A stretch of DNA of 64,000 nt from Octopus vulgaris (GCA_951406725.2 OX597837.1:3534001-3598000); one strand, 5' to 3'; shown: positions 12,763 to 27,168, counted from the stretch's first letter. The notes: generated from the sequence alone by a model not told the origin. Translations and numbers: made by a program.

Positions 12763-12763
<1 letters not shown>

Positions 12764-13007
12764 TTTATTTTAAGCAGCAGAAAATTCAACAAAATCTGTT
12801 ACTCTGAGTTTCTCGTTGCCGTTCATCAGACAGTTTTTGCTAGACAGTTTTTCCATTCTAGCAAAAACTGTCTGATGAACGGCAACGAGAAACTCAGAGT
12901 AACAGATTTTGTTGAATTTTCTGCTGCTTAAAATAAAGCATATTACTCTACCACTGGTATTTGAGTAGTCTTTTTTCCACCTTGTTTCACATTTATGTGT
13001 TTACTCC

Positions 13008-13010
<3 letters not shown>
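12763..13010 (+). mobile_element. Penelope-like fragment with an 82-bp perfect inverted repeat
   Basis: arms 12763-12844 and 12857-12938 with a 12-nt spacer; single-armed homologue at 43600-43752(-). Confidence 0.75.
12868..12905 (+). ncRNA. Minimal type I hammerhead ribozyme (mirror copy at 12796-12833 on -)
   Basis: ctgt CTGATGA acg-gcaa-cga GAAA ctcagag TA acag. Confidence 0.75.
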
Positions 13011-13080
<70 letters not shown>

Positions 13081-13378
13081 TTATATATATATGCATACAT
13101 ACACACATATATAGGTATATATATGTACGTATATGTATATGTATATACATGTTTTATGTCACTTAATCTTAAAGTTGGATTTAATGGCAGATTCTATCAT
13201 ATCATTATGTCAATCATTATTATCATCGAGATAATAATATCAGTCATCGTGGAAGCTAATCCGGACATTTTGTGGACGAAAAGGTCACTTTGGAGAAAGT
13301 ACGACTCGCGGACACACGCACCATACCTATATATGTATACACATATACATACACATATATGTTTACATATCTACTCAC

Positions 13379-13502
<124 letters not shown>

Positions 13503-13504
13503 CC

Positions 13505-14041
13505 CCAGAGGGCACTCACTAAACGAATTGAAGGCATGGCTGCTCTCGATTATTGGGATCGCCTTAAAGCCTTGAAACTCTACTCTCTCCAGCGTCGCCG
13601 TGAGCGGTACATCATTTGTACGATGTGGAGAATATACCACCAACTTTGCCCAAACGACCTGAACATTAGCTTCAAGGTTCATCCAAGACTGGGACCACGG
13701 GCCATACGCCCCCTGCCCAATTCTAGATCACAGCATACATGTACACTGCAACATAATTTCTTTTCCTCAACAGGCCCTGCCCTATTTAACATTGTCCCGA
13801 AAGGGATCAAAGAGGAAAAGGATCCCATCAACTTTAAACGGAGTTTGGATAGGTTCCTTCAAGGAATACGAGATAAGCCACCCATAATTGGATACAACTC
13901 ACCCAACAAAAACTCACTACTTGAATGGACCATAAACAAAACTTGACTTAAACAGGATTCAGATAATCCTATCAGGTGGTGCTATTAAGTTAGACATATG
14001 CCTGGACCAATCTTTGGTCGAAACATATCTAAGTTTATCTA

Positions 14042-14048
<7 letters not shown>
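13505..14048 (+). mobile_element. 3' end of a CR1/L2-group LINE
   Basis: QRALTKRIEGM..LDYWDRLKALKLYSLQRRRER...FFS..GPALFNIVP...FKRSLDRFL matches the CR1-type ORF2 C-terminus; stop at 13946; (CTAAGTTTAT)2 tail. Confidence 0.85.
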
Positions 14049-14097
<49 letters not shown>

Positions 14098-15286
14098 TAT
14101 ATGTGTGTATATATCTATATCTATCTATCTATATATATACATATATATATACGTATGTATATGCAAACATATATGCACACATATGTATTCACATGCGCGT
14201 ACATATATCTCTTTCCTCTTCCCCTACTTTTATTTTATATATACATGTATATATAGATGTATATGCACATGTGTGTATGTGTGTATATATATGTATACCC
14301 CCATACAATTATAATTCAATAAGCATTTTTCTCGCCCTACCCTCCTCCTTTAAGTTAGTCTTATCTCCAATGTCGTCCATGCGATTCTCACCACACTCAT
14401 CGCATCTTATTTCGTTTCTAAGCTTCTACAGTCGATTCTTAAAACGTGTAATCTAATCACAAATTCCTACAATTTCACACTTGAAGTTTTAACATCTTCC
14501 CTTTTCTCTCTGTTCCTTGTTTCACTTGTAATCCATCTTTTTGTCTTAGTTCTTCCGTTTCCACGTATTTTAATTTAGTGCTTGTTCTAAAATCTCTCCA
14601 ACATCATTACACGTCAAATACACGTCCTTCTCTTTCCTTTTCCTTTCGTTAATATCTTTAGAAAACAAATCTACATTTATATATTACACTTCTCTCTTAT
14701 ATTTTCATTAGTTCCCATTTTCTCGAAATTAAATTTATCACTCAACAGAAGCTGTGGTTGAGAGCTGTGTACTAGAGGAAACACAGCGGGAAATTGCTGC
14801 TTGAAAATGGATAGATTTTAAAGAAGTTCGAGCTCTGTAGAATAAAAGAAAATATTCTTCTTCTCTCACGTCGCCACCATGTGAACCCGATCTGAACTTT
14901 AAACTTGGGAAAAAAATCACACTGGCGGCTGAAGTCACAAAAGGTATAAAATAATGAAAGAACTATAAACATCGTCTGTAGACTGACTCCCATATGAAAC
15001 GGTAAAAAGCAGGTGGAATGATACCATCAATTGTGTTTTATTATATCTGGAGAAAACATAAAATTTCCAAGGGTTGAAGACAGGAATTATTATTTATGTG
15101 GCGACCTGGTAGAATCGTTAGCACGCCGGACAAAATGCATAGCAACATTTATATTCTAATTCTTTATATTCTGAGTTCAGATACCGAAGAGACCTACTAT
15201 GCTTAACATCTTTTGTGGATGTCTCTGCAGTAAGATATATTATACAAAGTTTCTACAATAAGATATATTATACTACTACTACTACA

Positions 15287-15350
<64 letters not shown>

Positions 15351-15420
15351 GCATGTGCCTAGTGTACTCTTATCAGACGGGTAGGCATGATGGGTATACT
15401 GGGCTTCGTATATGTGTCAC

Positions 15421-15668
15421 TTTGCTGCGTCTAAAACTGAGACAACATCCTGTCACTAACTCTAACCCTAACCCTCACCCTCACCCTAACCCTAAATTTT
15501 AGCCTTTCGTTTTCTTCTTAATTGTTAAATTAATTTAAAGATAACAATTAAGAAAAAAAACGAACAATTACGAAAAAAAACGAAAGGCTAAAATTTAGGA
15601 TTAGGGTTAGGGTGAGGGTGAGGTTAGGGTTAGTGACAGGATGTTGTTTCAGTTTTAGACGCAGCAAA
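15421..15668. repeat. Fold-back inverted repeat containing CCCTAA/TTAGGG telomere-like motifs
   Basis: TTTGCTGCGTCTAAAACTGA... pairs with ...TCAGTTTTAGACGCAGCAAA; arms about 100 bp. Confidence 0.85.
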
Positions 15669-15669
15669 T

Positions 15670-15858
15670 GATTTTAGCTCAATTAGAGGTGATTCATTGG
15701 TTAAAATTAACTACGTTGAACAAACAAATTACAATTTTCTCAAGAAAGCCAAGAGAAATAATGTTTTATTTTGACACATTCTACTAGTATACGAAGTTTT
15801 AAAGTGTTTGGTTAACTAGAAATTGTGTTGACGTGTGCCGTTCAAAAGGAAAAGATCC
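15670..15858 (-). mobile_element. Diverged half of the MITE family seen at 56135-56550
   Basis: ends TGCCGTTCAAAAGGAAAAGATCC; interior is the reverse complement of about 56135-56320. Confidence 0.7.
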
Positions 15859-16273
15859 AAATTTTTTTATAATCCCACATTAAACACCCAATTTGTGATC
15901 TTATTCATTCAATTTAATTAAGTATTAATTTATTATTTTCTGGATATGCTTTACCCAAGTTTGTGTATCGTTTTCGATCGTATCATGATACATTTATATT
16001 TCTATGCTACAGTTAATTTTTCCCATCCCCCAATAAACTAACTTGTAACAAAATCTACTCTGATATGCTTTGAAAATAAGCCACCTAATCAAATCTAAAT
16101 TCTTATTCGTTGAATTGAATTGTATCATATCATATCATATTACATATACTATCAGGATTTTAATTCAGTATTCATAACTACTGTCCGACGAAAAGGAAGA
16201 TTAAATTCTGAGTAACAGTCTTATAAAGATTTTGCAGCTTTAATAAAAGTGTGCGCGTACATATATGTATGTA

Positions 16274-16329
<56 letters not shown>

Positions 16330-16621
16330 TACATACATACATACATACACACACATATATATATACATATATATATCCATTATGTAAAAGCACATACACA
16401 TGCATATATATATGTACGCATATATATATAAATATATGCACACTTACACGAAGACATATATAAATATATATAAATGCATATATATATACATACAAATGTA
16501 TACATATATATATACATGGCGTTGCACACACACACACAGACACACACACATATATACACATTTATGCACACATATACAAACTTATATATACACACATATA
16601 CACGCATATAGGCATACACGC

Positions 16622-16656
<35 letters not shown>

Positions 16657-16742
16657 TATTTGTATACATATATTTGCGTATGCATGTATATATATATAAA
16701 TATATATATATATATAGAAGACTTTCAGAAATGTTATATTTT

Positions 16743-16785
<43 letters not shown>

Positions 16786-16979
16786 TTTATAAAAAGAGAC
16801 CTAAGCTTTCTATTAGTTGTTTTCATAACCGAAAAAAATATATATATATAAAACGAAACTGTACTTAGTAGATGAATATATTATTTTCGATGATGTGTGA
16901 TTGATATCAGAAAAATATGGTGCATGAACAATTATATACAGAAGACTGATATACATACATGCATACATACATACATACA

Positions 16980-17055
<76 letters not shown>

Positions 17056-18119
17056 CACAAACACTAACTTATATCTGCTCATCTAAAAACCTGCGCACAC
17101 ATATATAATATATATTCATGAATATATAAATATATATATATAGCTAGACACAGACAGGCACAAGTATGTATATAAATATATGTATGAATATATATATATG
17201 TGTGTATATTTATGCATTTGCATGTGTATATATGTATATATATATATATATATATATCCATAATATATATATACATACATATACTTACACACACACACAC
17301 ACATATTTATATATATACACATATATACATATATACATCCAACTACTTACACATATATAACACACACACATATATATATATACACATACATATATATAAT
17401 ATATTTATATAGAAATATTCATGTATACTTTTATTTATACTCACATATAATTAAGTATCATGAAACAAACACATACAGGCATGCGTTCATATACATACAT
17501 ATTTATTTACATGCCTACGTCACCTCACTAAGTTCCAGTGAATGATACGAGAGTTGCGTGTATATTTTTGACACGAGAAAAACAATGAAAAATACAAATA
17601 AATGTATCAGAAAATATATAAATAAATAAATGAAATAACAAGATGCAATTTTGGGCTAAGTAGGAAATTTTATTAAATAACAAGAAACAACAACAACAAT
17701 AATTAAAATACTGAATGAACAAATAATGAAAATATTAATATAAAACATGACATGCGTCAATATGAGGAGACACTCATACGGACACATACAAGTATATACA
17801 TGCATATACGTATACGTTCTTTTGTACATAACTGCAACTTTTGAAGAATTATACACACACACACACTCACACATACATACATACATACATACATACATAC
17901 ATACATACATACATACATACATACATACATACACACTCACACATACATACATACATACATACATACATACCCACACATATATAAACAGAAGGTTAATAGC
18001 TTTTTATAACCGAAAATATTAAAAAAAATTAAGATGAAGCTGTATTTAATAAAGGTATAATTTTCGGTGGTGAGTGTCTGATAGTAGAAACATAAATTAT
18101 ATATATATATATATATATA

Positions 18120-18339
18120 GTGGAGGCGCAATGGCCTAGTGGTTAGGGCAGCGGACTTGCGGTCGGAGGATCGCGGTTTCGATTCCCAGACCGGGCGTTG
18201 TGTGTGTTTATTGTGCGAAAACACCTAAAAGCTCCACGAGGCTCCGGCAGGGATGGTGGTGGTGATCCCTGCTGTACTCTTTCACCACTCTAAAGGCGGT
18301 GCTCCAGCATGGCCGCAGTCAAATGACTGAAACAAGTAC

Positions 18340-18371
<32 letters not shown>

Positions 18372-18478
18372 TATTGGCCTGCTCGTTTAGCCAGTGGGTG
18401 GCGTCATTCAAAGGCTAAAACAATGCGAACGCATTGTGACCAGCGATGTGTAACAACATCTGATGGTCTGGTCGGTCT
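18120..18478 (+). mobile_element. SINE group C (tail i) interrupted by a group A 3' end plus poly(A)
   Basis: C head to 18290; A tail 18291-18339; A-run 18340-18367; C tail resumes about 18374. Confidence 0.85.
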
Positions 18479-18494
18479 GTGTATATATATATAT

Positions 18495-18911
18495 AAGGAG
18501 AGTTTACGAAAAAAAACCAAAAGACGAAGACAGGTGGTGTACAAAACAAACAAATGTATTAGTATAACGCTCAGGAATAGAAAAAGTCTTTTACGTTTCG
18601 AGCCTACGCTCTTCTACAGAAAGGGACGCAGAAAAAACAAAGAGTGAAACAAGAAGAGAAAAAAAATGTGTGTAGTGGCTAATGATCTATCATGGCGACT
18701 GACTCGGACAGAAGGGTTACACACGAGTGGGAAAGTAGGGGAGATAACAAAGTAAAAATGAACCCACCAACACGAAGGTGCGTGTGTGTATAAGAGAGTA
18801 TGTATGTGTGTGTGAAAGAGGGCTGGTGGTCTGGACGTGTGCGTGTATGTATGTGTAGGTGTGAAGATGTGGAGATGGGTGTGTGGGTGGTGTGATGGAT
18901 GTGTAATGTTG

Positions 18912-18915
<4 letters not shown>
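18495..18915 (-). mobile_element. Penelope-like terminal fragment with a variant minimal HHR at 18588-18623
   Basis: minus strand cttt CTGTAGA A gagc-gtag-gctc GAAA cg TA aaag; flanked by (TA)n. Confidence 0.65.
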
Positions 18916-18971
<56 letters not shown>

Positions 18972-19476
18972 TATTTATGCATATATATATTCAGTAGAAA
19001 GAAATAAGAGAAAATAAACAGAGAGAGAATGCGAAAAACTTGTAGAGCTCAGCGTTCCGTCAAATTGAAGTCAGTTTGTCTTTATGATATTCTGTCGATC
19101 TCACTCGATAAACCTGTTTTTGGCTTCTATGACAGTCTCCAGTTGACATCGGAACCTGCTACAGGCCTTCGTCACTGTCACCCGTTTGAAGCCCCTGAAT
19201 TGCAGCTGGATTTGTTGGTCTCTCGTTCCATCTCGCCCCACATAGATAAGTCGAGTGGGTTTCAGTCAAGTGAGAAGGAAGGCAAAATGTCAGGTACTGT
19301 GTGATCTGAGAAACTCTCCGACAACCAGATCTGGGTCTTGTGGCTAGTGTCGCAGGGCTCAGAGTCATGTAGTCACATGTCAACCTGTTCTTCGCAAAAT
19401 TTAATAAACGTAGTCTTTTATTATTTTTATATATATCACTTGACATAAAAGCAGACATTTATAAACATGCATACAT

Positions 19477-19692
19477 AAGGCGGTGAGATGGCGGAATCGT
19501 TAGCACGCCAGGCAAAATGCTTAGTAGTATTTCGTCCATCTTGACGTTCTGAGTTCAAATTCCGCTGAGGTTGGCTTTGCCTTTTATCCTTTCTGAGTCG
19601 ATAAAATAAGTACCAGTTGATCAATGGGATCGATGTAATCGACTTATCACTCCTTGAAATTGCTGGCCTTGTGCCAAAATTTAAAACCAATA
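19477..19692 (+). mobile_element. SINE group B (variant tail)
   Basis: B head and central domain, tail GCTGGCCTTGTGCCAAAATTT. Confidence 0.85.
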
Positions 19693-19763
19693 TACATGCA
19701 CACAGTCACACGTACGTACGTATGTATGTACGTATGTATGTATGTATGTATGTATCGATATTT

Positions 19764-20163
19764 ATACTCTTTACTCTTTTGTTTCAGTCAGTTGACTGCG
19801 GCCGTGCTGGAGCACCGCCTTTAGTCGAGCAACTCGACCCCGAGACTTATTCTTTGTAAGCCTAGTACTTATTCTATCGGTCTCTTTTGCCGAACAGCTA
19901 AGTGACGGGAACGTAAACACACCAGCATCGGTTGTCAAGCAATGCTAGGGGGACAAACACAGACACACATACATGCACGCACACATATATACATATATAC
20001 GACGGGCTTCTTTCAGTTTCCGTCTACCAAATCCACTCACAAGGCTTTGATCGGCCCGAGGCTATAGTAGAACACACATGCCCAAGGTGCCACGCAGTGG
20101 GACTGAACCCGGAACCATGTGGTTGTTAAGCAAGCTATTTACCACACAGCCACTCCTGCGCCT
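19764..20163 (-). mobile_element. SINE group A
   Basis: reverse complement of the A consensus. Confidence 0.9.
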
Positions 20164-20889
20164 ATTTATATATATCTTTGAGACATATTCGACTTGTAAT
20201 GAGGTCATTTTTGCTGCTGTTTGTTGTGGAGAAAACCTCCGTTTTTGTCAATGGTGCTAAAATCCGAGCAGTCATCTCAGGGCACCCTTTGTGAACCGAT
20301 GAATGCGTTTTTAGCGATTTGGCTATCATCAGTACCGAGTACTACAAGGGCGATAAACCTGAAATGACTTATAGAGTAACTCTGTGTGTGTGAGCGTGCG
20401 CGTCATTCAAAATATCACAGCTTTTCCAACTAATCAACATAGAATTATGGTAATAAAAAGCGCTATAAAATAAGACTCCTCTTTTCCATTCATACATAAC
20501 AATAACCTCGAATGACTGTTTATCTACAAAGCCGTATGGAAACTAAAAGTACAAAAGGCTTAAATATACGTGCTGTAATGGAATACACTTCAATGATGAA
20601 AATAGTCCAGAGAGAAAGATAACCACTTTGGTTATTCGGAAACAATCGCCAGAGTCACATTTAGTGAAATTAAGTATTAGGGAAAATATTGTAAAGAAAA
20701 GGTAGAGGTGGTGGTTTCCTTGTTTTTTTTGAGCTAGATGAAAATCGGAGAGGGAAGTAGGTTTTACTGGTGGATTTGAGGCCGTGAAGTGCTTGGTTTA
20801 TTTTGTAATGAGATAAATAGAATTTGGATATCAAGGATCTAAATCGTGATGGGAGAGATTACTTTCTACTGATCAGTGCACGTGCACTT

Positions 20890-20940
<51 letters not shown>

Positions 20941-21247
20941 TACACACAGAAACAGACGCACACACACATACACACACACACACAACACACAGAGACACAC
21001 GGACACTCGCACACATGTTTCTACATAATACTCATTCGCATGCAAATATCACGAGGAAAAGCACAATATAAATACATGAATATACGTATATCTATTTGTA
21101 CGTGTGTGTGTGTGCATATGTTTGCCTGTCTGTCTGTGCGTCTGTCTTTTAGTGCCTGTTTACCTACCTACCCACCTACCTACCTATCTATCTGTCTATC
21201 TATAATCTATCTATCTATCTATCTGTCTATCTCTTTCTCCCTCTCTC

Positions 21248-21289
<42 letters not shown>

Positions 21290-21462
21290 GCACACATATA
21301 TTTATATACATGTATTTATAATCTATACAAACATATGCATACATACATGCAGACATACATACAAACATATATATATATATATATATATGTCTTTTTATAC
21401 ATACATGTATGTATATAAATATATACATACATGCATATACACACAATATATATATGTATATA

Positions 21463-21569
<107 letters not shown>

Positions 21570-21671
21570 AAGGATGTTAAGCATATGATTAAGTTATAGA
21601 ATGAAGTTCTACAAATCTAATCATATTTGTTAAAAATGGAGATAAGATGTTAAAAAGTTGTAAGAAGTATA

Positions 21672-21770
<99 letters not shown>

Positions 21771-22123
21771 GTATATAAGTATAAAGGAAAATGATATATA
21801 TATAGGGAGAATGGGGACAAAGAGAAAAAGAGATAAATAGATAAATAGATAGATGGATAGATAGCTAGACAGCAATACGATTAAGCAGACACTGATAGAC
21901 ACACAGACAGATATTCGCATTTGTACGTACTCAAAGTGTTCCTTTACTCGTGTTATTGACGTGTTCATGCTTTTGTATACCTGTGTATGTGCGTGTGTAT
22001 GAGCGCGTGCACACTGATCCCCGTAGTCTCTCTTTATGTGCGTATGTCTGCATGTGGTTATCGTATTAAGCATATATGCATATATATCATTTATATGTAT
22101 GTATTTATATATATGTGTATATG

Positions 22124-22166
<43 letters not shown>

Positions 22167-23120
22167 CATTTATATGTATGTATATATATGTGTATATGTA
22201 TATATATATATATATATATTTTAAAATTTTTATTTTATCTAGTTTCAGCTCACAAGCTGTGGCCATGCTGGGGCACCGCCATTGTATGTATTATTCGTGT
22301 ATATATATATATATATATATATATATGTAAATATATATATGATATGATATATATACATACATGCGTATTCACTTAAACACATGGAGACATAGATATGTAT
22401 GAACACAACCACATCCATAAACACACCCAAACCTCCCCCAAACACCCAAACAACCCCCACACACTCATATACATATATATGTCTACATTCTTGAATTTAA
22501 TGCGACCGTCTCTCCCTTTTATATCACGTATGCTTTTTCTTCATCTTATCTGAATACCGTATATAAGCTGGTGATTCATTTCATATTCCATTGAAGTAAT
22601 ATATGTCTATTTAACATTATCATTCATCGTTCGTTTCTTTTCATGTGACGTTAAGATTCTTTACAAATGCTTCTTAGTACTATTAAATGACAGTTGGCTG
22701 GATATATTTTCTTTGGGTTCAAGTTTAACATAACTAATTTCTCTTTGAAAGCCTCAAGCGATGAACAATAACCACATTTTGTTTATTAATACACTTCTCC
22801 ATCTTTATACTGTTACCATCGTACGCGTACAGAGTCTTAAGGGAAAACTTATATGAAAATTTAGACGCAACTGTATGTGTGTAAAAAAAGAACGTTTCGT
22901 TCTCGACCCAGTGGTTTGGCACTCTGTGCCACTGTGTGGCACCTTGGGCAAATATCTTCCACTATATCTGGCGTGCTTGTAAAGTACGCTTCTTAACTAT
23001 ACAGCTACGCCTGTGCTGTCTTCCATTCCAACAAACCACGTTTTAAAACTGAAACTGAATGAGAGGCTATTAGTGGGCTCGTTCCGGTAGCTAGATTTAA
23101 TCTGACATAATAAGGTTTAA

Positions 23121-23375
23121 TGTGGAGGCGCGTGGCTTAGTGGTTAGTGTGTCGGCATCATGATCATAAGATTGTGGTTTCGATTCCTGGACCAGGCAAC
23201 GCATTGTGTTCTTGAGCAAAACACTTCATTTCACATTGCTCCAGTCCACTCAGCTGGCAAAAATGAGTAACGCTGCGATCGACTGGAGTTCCGTCCAGCT
23301 GGGGAACACATACGCCATTGAAACCGGGGAACCGGGTCCATGAGCCTGGCTAGGCTTTAAAAGGGCGCATTTTTT
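23121..23375 (+). mobile_element. SINE group D head with a V-domain-like 3' half
   Basis: GTGGAGGCGCGTGGCTTAGTGGTTAG...GGTTTCGATTCC...TTCTTGAGCAAAACACTT, then CTGCGATCGACTGG..CCGTCCAG. Confidence 0.75.
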
Positions 23376-23640
23376 TTTATTTTAATAAAGTTTAACACCA
23401 CCAGCGGATACTTGTTTATCTTTAGCAGTCTCTGCTCTGGACAACTTTCCTGTTGATGAAAATAATTTCCTCCGTACTCCACATTACTTGGAGTAGGAAA
23501 AGAATAATGGCCGCTGCAGTTCTTCTGTTTTCTCTAAATGTGAATAGATAAATATTTGACAAAAACAAAAACAAAACAAAACAAAGTAAAAAACAAAACA
23601 AAAAATGCAAAACAAAAACAATACATATGTATATATATAT

Positions 23641-23850
23641 TCTCTTATTCTTTTACTTGTTTCAGTCATTGACTGCGACTATGCTGGAGCACCTCCTTTA
23701 GTCGAACAAATCAATCCCAGGACTTATACTTTGCAAGCCTAGTACTTATTCTATCAGTCTCTTTTGCTAAACTGCTAAGTTACGGGGACGTAAACACACC
23801 AACATCAATTGTGAAGCGATGGTGGGAAGACAGGCACATACAAATACATT

Positions 23851-23905
<55 letters not shown>

Positions 23906-24071
23906 ATATATATGACAGGCTCCTTTCAGTTTGTTTACCAAATCCAATCACATGGCTTCAGTCGGCCCGAGGCTATAGTAGAAGACACTTGCCCAAGGTA
24001 CCACGCAGTGGGACTGAACGCGGAACCACGTGGTAGGAAATCAAGCTTCTTACCACATAGCCACTCCTGCA

Positions 24072-24073
<2 letters not shown>
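23641..24073 (-). mobile_element. SINE group A (older)
   Basis: diverged reverse-complement match. Confidence 0.85.
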
Positions 24074-24113
<40 letters not shown>

Positions 24114-24136
24114 TATAAATATATACATGGATATAT

Positions 24137-24182
<46 letters not shown>

Positions 24183-24949
24183 ATATATATCTGTGTGTGT
24201 ATCTCTCTGTCTGTTTGTCTGTCTATATATTTTTCTCTGGCCGTGTACCTTTGTCTCTCTGTCTCCGACCATCACCTGTTTATCGGCAAATGAGATCGAT
24301 AAATTAAGTACGAGGCTTAGGAAATGTTCTGGGGGCTATTTTTTTTCAATTAAACCTACCAAATCGGTACCTGAGCCTGGAGGTATTCAATTGGCTTTAA
24401 CAAAAAAAAAAAAAAAAAAAAAAAAATAAAGGCTAAATTAAGAAATGAAAATGATGAGGAAACATCAAAAATGATAAATCTAGTAAGACATCAAGTCATG
24501 AACGAACGGAAAGATAGAAGTTGAACATGTTTTTCTATTTTTAAAGAAATTCAATCACAACTCCCGGTCCTACAAAAAGATTGCAAGAAAATTAAAAATA
24601 GTTTAGAAATGAACAAATATTTTCCTTTCATGAGAAACGAAAAATTTTTTTTAAATACCTGACAAAAGAAAAACGAGAAAAAAGTTAACAGTCTTGATTA
24701 AAAAGTAACAAAGAATAAATGAAGCACAAGATAAAAATACATTATGACAAAAATAATTATTTGAAGGAAACTAAAGTAAAATAGTATTTAAATACAGCAA
24801 TAAGCAATGGTAACAACAACATCGGGAACAACAATAACAACGGTAATGGCGAGAGCACCAACATTAAGGACAATTACAGCAAAAGTCAAGAGACTTTGAA
24901 CAACAACAACAGCAATAACAATAACGGAGTGAATAAGAGCAGCGGCAGC

Positions 24950-25430
24950 AGCAGTTGTGGCAGCAACAACAGCATCAACAACAACAAGAGTCAAGAGTAG
25001 CAGCGAGAAGAATAAGGATAGAAGCAAAAATAGCAATGACAACAATTGCTATAACAACAGCAACAACAACAATAACAACAACAACAAGAATAACAACAAC
25101 CACAACAGTAACCACCACCGCAACAACAACAACAACAACAACCACAACCACCACAACAATAACAACAATCATAACCACAACAACAATAACAACAACAACC
25201 ACAACCACCACAACAACTACAGCAGCAACAACAACAAAAAGAATAACAACAACCACAACAATAACCACCGCCACAACAACAACAACAACAACCACGACCA
25301 CAACAACAACAACAAAATAGTGACAGCAAGGTCAACGATTGCAGCAACATTAACTTTAATAGCAACAACAGCAGCAGCAACAGCAACAACAGCAACAACA
25401 ACAGCAACAACAATAACAATAACAACACCA
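24950..25430. repeat. Imperfect (CAA)n/(CAG)n trinucleotide repeat
   Basis: directly visible; source of spurious poly-T/N/V/C ORFs. Confidence 0.95.
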
Positions 25431-25818
25431 GCTAATACTGAAGCTATCTAAATACTTCCATGTTAAATGACATTTCATTTTGAAAAAAAAAATAGTTGTT
25501 TGTATTTTTTCTTCTTCTTTGTAATCAACACGAAACAAAATGAAAAAAAACCCATTTATTTTCGAAGTAATTTTGTGTTTACACGATCCATGGAGGTTAA
25601 TAAGAGACACACACACACACGTACGCGCACGCACACCATACACCCTCCCACACACAAACCATATACATACACTTACAAACACAAACACATGTATATAAAA
25701 ATGGACAAAAATCACAAATGAGTTTGTCTCACTCTCTCCCCCTTTTCTGTATATATACATATACATACATACATATATATGTATATATATGTATATATAT
25801 GTATATATATGTATATAT

Positions 25819-25873
<55 letters not shown>

Positions 25874-25963
25874 AAGTTAATCCAAACAAGAAAGCACAAA
25901 AAAACAACGCGAGGACGTGGAACAAATATAGTATTATTGGACGCTCAGGAAAGAAGGTATATA

Positions 25964-26097
<134 letters not shown>

Positions 26098-26369
26098 ATA
26101 TTGTATGTATACATTCATATATGTATATGTATATGTATATACTCACACACACATATAAGTATTTGGCAAATAAGCGTATTAGTATTTATATGCAAAAATA
26201 TAGATCATACACATGTACAGACAGAACATATACGTGCACACATACACACATAATCAAGCACACACACACATACACAGACAAACAGACAAATACACAAACC
26301 AACGCATATGTTTAATTCTGTTTTAGGCAAATGCATGCATACGCCAGTTATTCTGTTTGTGTTTACGGG

Positions 26370-26453
<84 letters not shown>

Positions 26454-26900
26454 GTATGTATATATATTTACAAACACATATATGTAAATATATATATGTG
26501 TCTATATAAACATGTATAGGTATGCATATGTGTAGTTATTAGAATTTGATTGTTCATAGGAAGACATGTGACAAAGTGAAGAGCGCAATGTTGGCTAAAG
26601 GAGAATATTGATAAAGTTTCCTGAAAACCTTATAATACAAATGCACAATACTTTTCTCCCCAATGGGAGCTTGTCAAAACTGATATGTGTATATACATAC
26701 ATACATACATACAGACATACATATAATCACATCCATATACATACATACATACGTATATGAAACTATATATACTGACAAGTATAGACATATATATATATAT
26801 ATATTTGCACGTAAGTATATATATTCCCCCATTTATATATGAATACTTGTGTATGCATATATATGCACATATACATTTACACACATACACTCGTATATAC

Positions 26901-26962
<62 letters not shown>

Positions 26963-27048
26963 ATGTATGTTTGTGTGCCTATGCGTATATATATATGTGT
27001 GTGTGTGCCTATGTGTATATGTGTGTGTGGGTATACATATATATATAC

Positions 27049-27081
<33 letters not shown>

Positions 27082-27168
27082 CATATATACATACATATAC
27101 ATACATATATATACGTATGTATATATATATATATATACATATATACATATATACATATATATGTATAT

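Noticed and set aside
15460-15635. Telomere-telomere fusion site
   Set aside because: Only a few degenerate units, embedded in non-telomeric inverted arms next to a MITE half
24955-25451. Poly-T/N/V/C ORFs resembling mucin or low-complexity proteins
   Set aside because: A (CAA)n repeat open in several frames on both strands, with no domain or splice support
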